Assembly: GCA_048882505.1 (NCBI GenBank)
Contig: JBHLRO010000006.1
Location: forward strand, 60,001-92,000
Reading direction: 5' to 3'
Origin: Candidatus Thorarchaeota archaeon
Lineage (GTDB): Archaea > Asgardarchaeota > Heimdallarchaeia > Hodarchaeales > Hodarchaeaceae
Length of the DNA stretch: 32,000 bases
The notes under the pieces: model-generated
Database searches by the model: none
The model's input: the letters and a program-made list of their open reading frames with translations, nothing else
Told to the model about the DNA's origin: nothing
Shown here: positions 26,865 through 32,000 of the stretch, piece by piece
Layout: every line of letters starts with the position of its first letter
How positions within the stretch are numbered: the stretch's first letter is position 1
Position numbers and translations under genes: made by a program

Positions 26865-28580
26865 TCAGTTCTTTTTTTTCAATTTTCGTCCGAAGAAAGC
26901 TTTCTTGCCCATCATGAGGGCCAATGCAATCATCACCAATGGGAATTCAAAACTCGGAGTGACTTGTCCAGGCACGGGGTATCCGGCTTCGTCTAAGAGC
27001 TGTTTAGCCATTTCAATGTCCTGTTCGTAGCTCACATTACCCTCTTGAACTCCATAGGCGTTGGGAGCCATCATGGTATCAATCATGGCGGAGCCATAGC
27101 CCGAGTAAAGCGTTTCAACCATTTTCGTTTGATTGACTGCGTAATTCAGTGCTTGTCTTACTTTTCTGTTTTTAAAGATTTCAAAGTCGTGATTCAAGCC
27201 AATGTGCATCATACGAACTGAAGCTGCTTTGATCATGTAGACTTCAGGATCCGCCATCAATGTGTCAATAGCAGTCGTCGGGGCTTGATGGATGTAGTCT
27301 ACATCTCCAGCTAATAATGCTGTAACACGCGACGCGGAGTCTGTGATTTTCTTCATGATGACTGTCTGAAAAGCAGGTTTCTTACCCCAATAGTTTTCAT
27401 TTCGTTGCAGTGTGATGTGATCGCCTTTTACCCATTCTACAAATTTGTAAGGACCAGTGCCAGAGGGGTCAGTCTGGAAATCTTCACCAGGTACCGTCTC
27501 ATTTGCCTTATGCAGAGCATCACATTGAGTTTTAGATACGATTTCGGATGGCTGATAATTGAAGAAGGGCATCAAGGCAGCGAATCCGATTGTTTCAATC
27601 TTAAGCTGGTACTTGGAGAGAACTGTGATATTCTTTATTGGACCTGAAGGAGGACCAAATGATGATGACGCTAACGCACCGCTGTCAGGAGAAGCTAGAC
27701 GATCCCAGAGGGTATATTTGACATCCTCTGCTGTAAGTTCACTACCATCATGGAAATAAACTCCTTGACGGATGTTGATAGTCCAATTCTCTGCGCTACT
27801 ATCGGTCGACCAGGATTCTGCTAGAACAGGTACAACATCGCCCGTTTCCTGATCTAGTTTCACTAACGTTTCACAGACAAGACGTACGATTCCAAGATTT
27901 GACATTCCAGAAGTATGCTGTGGATCAAATTTGACTGGCTCTGTTCCCAGGGATAATGTAAGAGTATCATTTGACGTTTCTGAATAGGCATCAAATATAT
28001 CAACCGATTCGTCGTGATAAGTCGTGATTCCTTGCACTGATTTTGCTGCATGGAGATTAGGTTCGATTGCAAGAAATATCCAAGGTGCATCGGTCATAAC
28101 GATGTCATTCATTTCTTCGTAGAGATCCATTAGGTTGGCTTCGTTGGCCTCCTTCCGGGATTGAACGAAAAGGTCATCGTAGTGTGTGTTATTGTAGAAG
28201 AGAGGTTCTAATCCTCGCTGGGAGATGAAATTCTTTAATGCCCCATCGGCATTCATCCACGGGTTTCCAAAACCGACAAACCATGCCTGATAATCTCCCA
28301 CTAATTTTGTTCGATTCGATTCCCTCTGAGCCGCTGCAAAAGAAGCCCAATCATGGGATTCTATCTTCATATTGATGTCTACTTCAGCTAGGAATGATTG
28401 AACAGCTTCTACTATCTGTTGGTCCATAGCGTAGCGCCCTGCACCGTAAAATAATGTGAATTCGAATCTATAATCCGCCGCTTTGACTGGTACTGTAGAA
28501 GCGTAGGGTACCAACAGCAAGAGCGCTAGGACTCCGATCTTTAGGTACGAAAATCCTATTTTCCTTCTATTAAACGGCAA
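26865..28580 (-). CDS. dppA: family 5 ABC solute-binding protein (DppA/OppA-like), circularly permuted, with signal peptide and C-terminal anchor
   Basis: TLTL....EP..FDP, ETLV..D..TG...P.LAESW, IR.GV.FHDG..LTAEDV, GTGPYKF.EW..G..I.L.RN..YWG, R.ALNYAVN, AK.LL.EAGY. TTG 28580 follows GAGGTGA (track GTG 28592 is the RBS itself). Confidence 0.9.
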   Translation of the reverse strand: MPFNRRKIGFSYLKIGVLALLLLVPYASTVPVKAADYRFEFTLFYGAGRYAMDQQIVEAVQSFLAEVDINMKIESHDWASFAAAQRESNRTKLVGDYQAWFVGFGNPWMNADGALKNFISQRGLEPLFYNNTHYDDLFVQSRKEANEANLMDLYEEMNDIVMTDAPWIFLAIEPNLHAAKSVQGITTYHDESVDIFDAYSETSNDTLTLSLGTEPVKFDPQHTSGMSNLGIVRLVCETLVKLDQETGDVVPVLAESWSTDSSAENWTINIRQGVYFHDGSELTAEDVKYTLWDRLASPDSGALASSSFGPPSGPIKNITVLSKYQLKIETIGFAALMPFFNYQPSEIVSKTQCDALHKANETVPGEDFQTDPSGTGPYKFVEWVKGDHITLQRNENYWGKKPAFQTVIMKKITDSASRVTALLAGDVDYIHQAPTTAIDTLMADPEVYMIKAASVRMMHIGLNHDFEIFKNRKVRQALNYAVNQTKMVETLYSGYGSAMIDTMMAPNAYGVQEGNVSYEQDIEMAKQLLDEAGYPVPGQVTPSFEFPLVMIALALMMGKKAFFGRKLKKKN

Positions 28581-28846
28581 TACCGTCTTCACCTCGTCAT
28601 TTTACCTTGATTCTGCACGAAATATTTATTACAATTATTAGACGACTTATGTAGGGCCAATATTTAGACGGTTTAGACCTGCATAAGTTAACAAATATTT
28701 TCGACAGATCGCAACTTCATGCTATTATTGACATAATAAACTTTCTGTCTGTTAAACCGATACTTATATACACTTAATAAAAAATAAAAAATGGCAGTCA
28801 TTATTAAGAAATCTCTAAAATTGTGATGCTTATTGGAGGATAAGAA

Positions 28847-29899
28847 TTGATTAGTCGTGAAGAATACCTCAAAATACCGCTTAAAGAGCGATTCATAAAG
28901 CTGGATAAAGTGGAAGAAGAACATGCGGAAGAACTGCATAGAAAAATTATAACCATCGATTTACACAGCCACATTTTATGGGGTGACTATTTTATTATGC
29001 CCCGTATTATGAATTCTGGCGTTTCCGGGTTTGTCGAAGCAGTTCCCGGGGTTTTTGGAGATTTTGACGTAGCAATGGCTTATCTAGGCCAGTTTCTTTT
29101 TCGCGTGAATAAACATGAGGTTTTTACGCCCGTATATCAAGCTCAGGACTTTAGAAGGGCCAAGAAGGAAAACAAGATCGGGGTGATGTTCCAACTAGAA
29201 CCCCAACCGTTTGGAAGAAATCTAGACAATGTTGATATAGCCTATGGCCATGGTATCCGGATGGCCCTTCTGACGTTTAATACCCGCAATTATGTAGGTG
29301 ATGGGTGCGGTGAAAGGACGGATGAAGGTCTGAGTTACTTCGGTTTAGATTTAATTGAAAGGATGAACAAGGTAGGAATGATGATTGATTTATCCCATGT
29401 AGGGGTCAAGACAACGTTGGAAACAATCGAGCATTCCAAAGATCCTGTAATGTGTAACCATGTTGGAGCACGAACTTTATATCCCCAGTGCAAGCGAATA
29501 AAAACAGACGAGGAACTCACAGCTCTTGCGGAAAAAGGCGGAGTAGCTGGAGTTTCTGCCATCCCGAATCAGTTAAGCGGCGATAAGGAGCAAGGGATAG
29601 AGAATCTCCTAGATCATGTCGACTATATGGTTAACCTTATGGGCATTAATCATGTTGCAATAGGATTAGATAATGTTTTTGGCGATCAAGTCGAATCCCA
29701 CCGTAGATCAGCCCAGACGGTGTTCAAAATTTCGTACATCGGCCAAGAATTAAACGCACCTTTCATGTGGGGAATAGAGAGTCCTGAAGAGTGGCCTAAT
29801 ATCACACGAGGACTTGTCCAAAGGGGTTATTCGGATCTGGAAATCGAAAAGATACTAGGTGAGAACTCCCTAAAGCTCATGGAAAGAGTCATTGGATAA
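28847..29899 (+). CDS. membrane dipeptidase (peptidase M19) family protein, paralog 1
   Basis: IDLHSH, QLE, LTFN..N..GDGC.ER.D.GLS.FG...IE.MN..GM.IDLSH.G..T, NH..AR, HV.IGLD, RGYS..EI.KI.GEN; GGAGG RBS. Confidence 0.93.
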   Translation: MISREEYLKIPLKERFIKLDKVEEEHAEELHRKIITIDLHSHILWGDYFIMPRIMNSGVSGFVEAVPGVFGDFDVAMAYLGQFLFRVNKHEVFTPVYQAQDFRRAKKENKIGVMFQLEPQPFGRNLDNVDIAYGHGIRMALLTFNTRNYVGDGCGERTDEGLSYFGLDLIERMNKVGMMIDLSHVGVKTTLETIEHSKDPVMCNHVGARTLYPQCKRIKTDEELTALAEKGGVAGVSAIPNQLSGDKEQGIENLLDHVDYMVNLMGINHVAIGLDNVFGDQVESHRRSAQTVFKISYIGQELNAPFMWGIESPEEWPNITRGLVQRGYSDLEIEKILGENSLKLMERVIG

Positions 29900-29996
29900 C
29901 AGAATCCGCAAGAGTACCCTATATTGGCTTTAATTATAGAAAATCTGAAAAAAAGGTCAAAATTGACCAATGGAAATCTGATAGAAGGTTTAAAGC

Positions 29997-31058
29997 ATGT
30001 TATCGCGAGAAGAATACCTGAAGCTTCCTCTTGAAGAACGTTACATTAAGTTGGATGCGTCTGAGAAGGAAAGAGCTGAGGAGCTCTTTGAAAAATCCAC
30101 CACAGTGGATTTACACACCCACATCTTTGGAAGTGTATTTTTTGAATATGAATATGAGCAGGTACGCCAAATGGGAGTTGATGGACTGTTTGAGGCGGTA
30201 CCTTGTTTATCAGAGGACTTTTTGGAATCTATGAAAATCCTGGGAAGGTACAAAAGTATCACAATGAAGGAACCAGGACTTATTCCAGCCTATACTGCTG
30301 CTGATGTCGAAAAAGCGAAAAAAGAAGGAAAACAGGCCGTTTTATACCAGTTGGAACCCCATACATTCAAGAGAAATCCAGATCTTGTAGAAGTAGCCTA
30401 TGGACTGGGCATTAGAATGGCCCTGCTTACATTTAACTCAAGGAACTATCAAGGAGACGGATGTTCAGAGAGAACCGATTCCGGGTTGAGCTATCTAGGC
30501 ATGGAGCTGATAGAGAGAATGAACAAAATAGGAATGATGGTAGATCTTTCTCATGTGGGGATAAAAACAACCTTGGATGCAATAGAGCATTCCAAAGATC
30601 CGGTTCTTCTAAACCATACAGGTGCCCGGGTTTTAAATCCACCAGTCCTTAGATTAAAACCTGATGAGCCCCTGAAAGCGGTTGCGGAAAAAGGGGGGCT
30701 TATAGGCATCTCTGCCATCCCTAATCAGCTTTCCAGTCAGAAAAAGCAGGGCATTGATGATTTACTTAACCACCTAGACTACTGCATCAAATTGGTTGGA
30801 ATCGATCATGTGGTGATAGGTCTTGATAATGTCTTTAGAGACCAAGTGGCTGGACACAAGAAGCAAGAAGCGAAAAACATGGTAAACTTCGCTCGATCAG
30901 GAATAGTCCTTGCAGCGGACTATATGTGGGGGATCGAATCTCCAGGTGAGTGGCCCAATATCGTTCGTGGATTGGTAAAGAGAGGCTACTCAGACTCAGA
31001 AATCAAGAAAATCATCGGTGAAAACGCGCTCAGGGTTATGAGAAAAATCATAGGGTAA
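29997..31058 (+). CDS. membrane dipeptidase (peptidase M19) family protein, paralog 2
   Basis: Same motif set (VDLHTH, QLE, LTFN, DLSH, NHTGAR, GLD). Confidence 0.93.
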   Translation: MLSREEYLKLPLEERYIKLDASEKERAEELFEKSTTVDLHTHIFGSVFFEYEYEQVRQMGVDGLFEAVPCLSEDFLESMKILGRYKSITMKEPGLIPAYTAADVEKAKKEGKQAVLYQLEPHTFKRNPDLVEVAYGLGIRMALLTFNSRNYQGDGCSERTDSGLSYLGMELIERMNKIGMMVDLSHVGIKTTLDAIEHSKDPVLLNHTGARVLNPPVLRLKPDEPLKAVAEKGGLIGISAIPNQLSSQKKQGIDDLLNHLDYCIKLVGIDHVVIGLDNVFRDQVAGHKKQEAKNMVNFARSGIVLAADYMWGIESPGEWPNIVRGLVKRGYSDSEIKKIIGENALRVMRKIIG

Positions 31059-31101
31059 CGAAAGATAGCAAGAAAATTTGGGCACGTTAGGAGGCGTTGA
31101 G

Positions 31102-32000
31102 ATGATTCCGCTCCAAGAATATCTGGATCTTCCTCTGAAAGAGCGTTTTATCAAACTGGATAAGGCTGAGGAAGAACGTGCGGATGAGCTTTATGAAAAG
31201 TTTATTGCAATAGAACTTCACAGTCACATACTTCTTGATGAGGATTTTATTGTTCCCCGTATTAAAAACTCCGGGATCAATGGTTTTTTCGAAGCTGTTG
31301 CTGCTATAAACGAGAATTTTCACGATTCAATGGATACCCTTGGATATCTGCTCAATCGAACCATCAAACATCCAGATTTTGTGCCTGCATTCAGGGCAAG
31401 AGACTTTAGAAAAGCAAAGGATGAGGGGAAACAGGCTATAATGTTCCAACTGGAACCTCAAACCTTCGGAAACGATCTGGATCGCGTAAACATCGCCTAT
31501 GGTCTGGGAATAAGGATGGCCCTTCTTTCATTCAACACCCGTACCTACGCGGGCGATGGTTGCGGAGAAAGAACCAACCAAGGTCTGAGTTATTTTGGAT
31601 TAGATCTAGTGGAGCGAATGAACAAGGTTGGCATGATGATAGATCTATCTCACGTGGGGATACAAACCACCTTGGACGTTATTGAAGCATCAAAACATCC
31701 TGTTTTGGCTAATCACGTGGGAGCACGTGAATTATATAAACAAAGTAAGCGATTGAAGACCGATGAGGAACTTAAAGCAATTGCAGAGAAAGGGGGTCTG
31801 ATAGGAGTTTCTGCCATCCCGAATCAGCTAAGTGGAGAAGAAAAACAAAGTATCGATGACCTACTGAATCATGTAGAATACATTGTCGACTTAATCGGAG
31901 TAGAGCATGTAGGAATCGGACTCGACAATGTATTTGAAGATCAAGTGGAATATCACCGCCAGGCAGCAAAATCCATTTTCAAATTGGAACACACGGGGCA
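31102..32000 (+). CDS. membrane dipeptidase (peptidase M19) family protein, paralog 3, truncated by the window end (not in the ORF track)
   Basis: AGGAGG RBS then ATG 31102; open to the window end: MIPLQEYLDLPLKERFIKLD...IELHSH...QLEP...DLSHVG...NHVGAR...GLDNVFEDQV. Confidence 0.92.
   Translation, partial: MIPLQEYLDLPLKERFIKLDKAEEERADELYEKFIAIELHSHILLDEDFIVPRIKNSGINGFFEAVAAINENFHDSMDTLGYLLNRTIKHPDFVPAFRARDFRKAKDEGKQAIMFQLEPQTFGNDLDRVNIAYGLGIRMALLSFNTRTYAGDGCGERTNQGLSYFGLDLVERMNKVGMMIDLSHVGIQTTLDVIEASKHPVLANHVGARELYKQSKRLKTDEELKAIAEKGGLIGVSAIPNQLSGEEKQSIDDLLNHVEYIVDLIGVEHVGIGLDNVFEDQVEYHRQAAKSIFKLEHTG

Noticed and set aside
1-32000. Genome-wide reassignment of TAG (pyrrolysine or other)
   Set aside because: TAG ends at least eight genes at their expected C-termini (9669, 11197, 15199, 16372, 18751, 19750, 19880, 20853); only secY has an internal TAG, and no pyl genes are visible.

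Overview
Gene-dense archaeal window with GGTGA/GGAGG Shine-Dalgarno motifs. A strongly Sec61alpha-like SecY and many C-terminally anchored surface proteins suggest an Asgard archaeon, possibly Heimdallarchaeia (inference only). The left half (1-16.2 kb) encodes a 7-TM protein, two NosD/CASH beta-helix surface proteins, a 7-blade SBBP beta-propeller/FN3 surface protein, a membrane-tethered winged-helix regulator, an MDR oxidoreductase and an exported molybdopterin enzyme. It also carries an orphan secE-secY (Sec61gamma-Sec61alpha) paralog pair outside any ribosomal operon, whose secY is interrupted by one in-frame TAG in loop 6/7. The right half (16.4-32 kb) is a peptide-type uptake and catabolism island: DUF362 Fe-S protein, PPOX-like flavoprotein, Lrp regulator, NodB-type deacetylase, M29-like peptidase, MmgE/PrpD enzyme, a Dpp/Opp ABC transporter whose binding protein is circularly permuted, and three tandem M19 dipeptidase paralogs (the third runs off the window end and is absent from the ORF track). 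Two transporter genes appear to start at near-cognate codons (ACG, CTG). No rRNA, tRNA, CRISPR array or transposase was recognised. All homology calls come from motif recognition by eye, not database searches.
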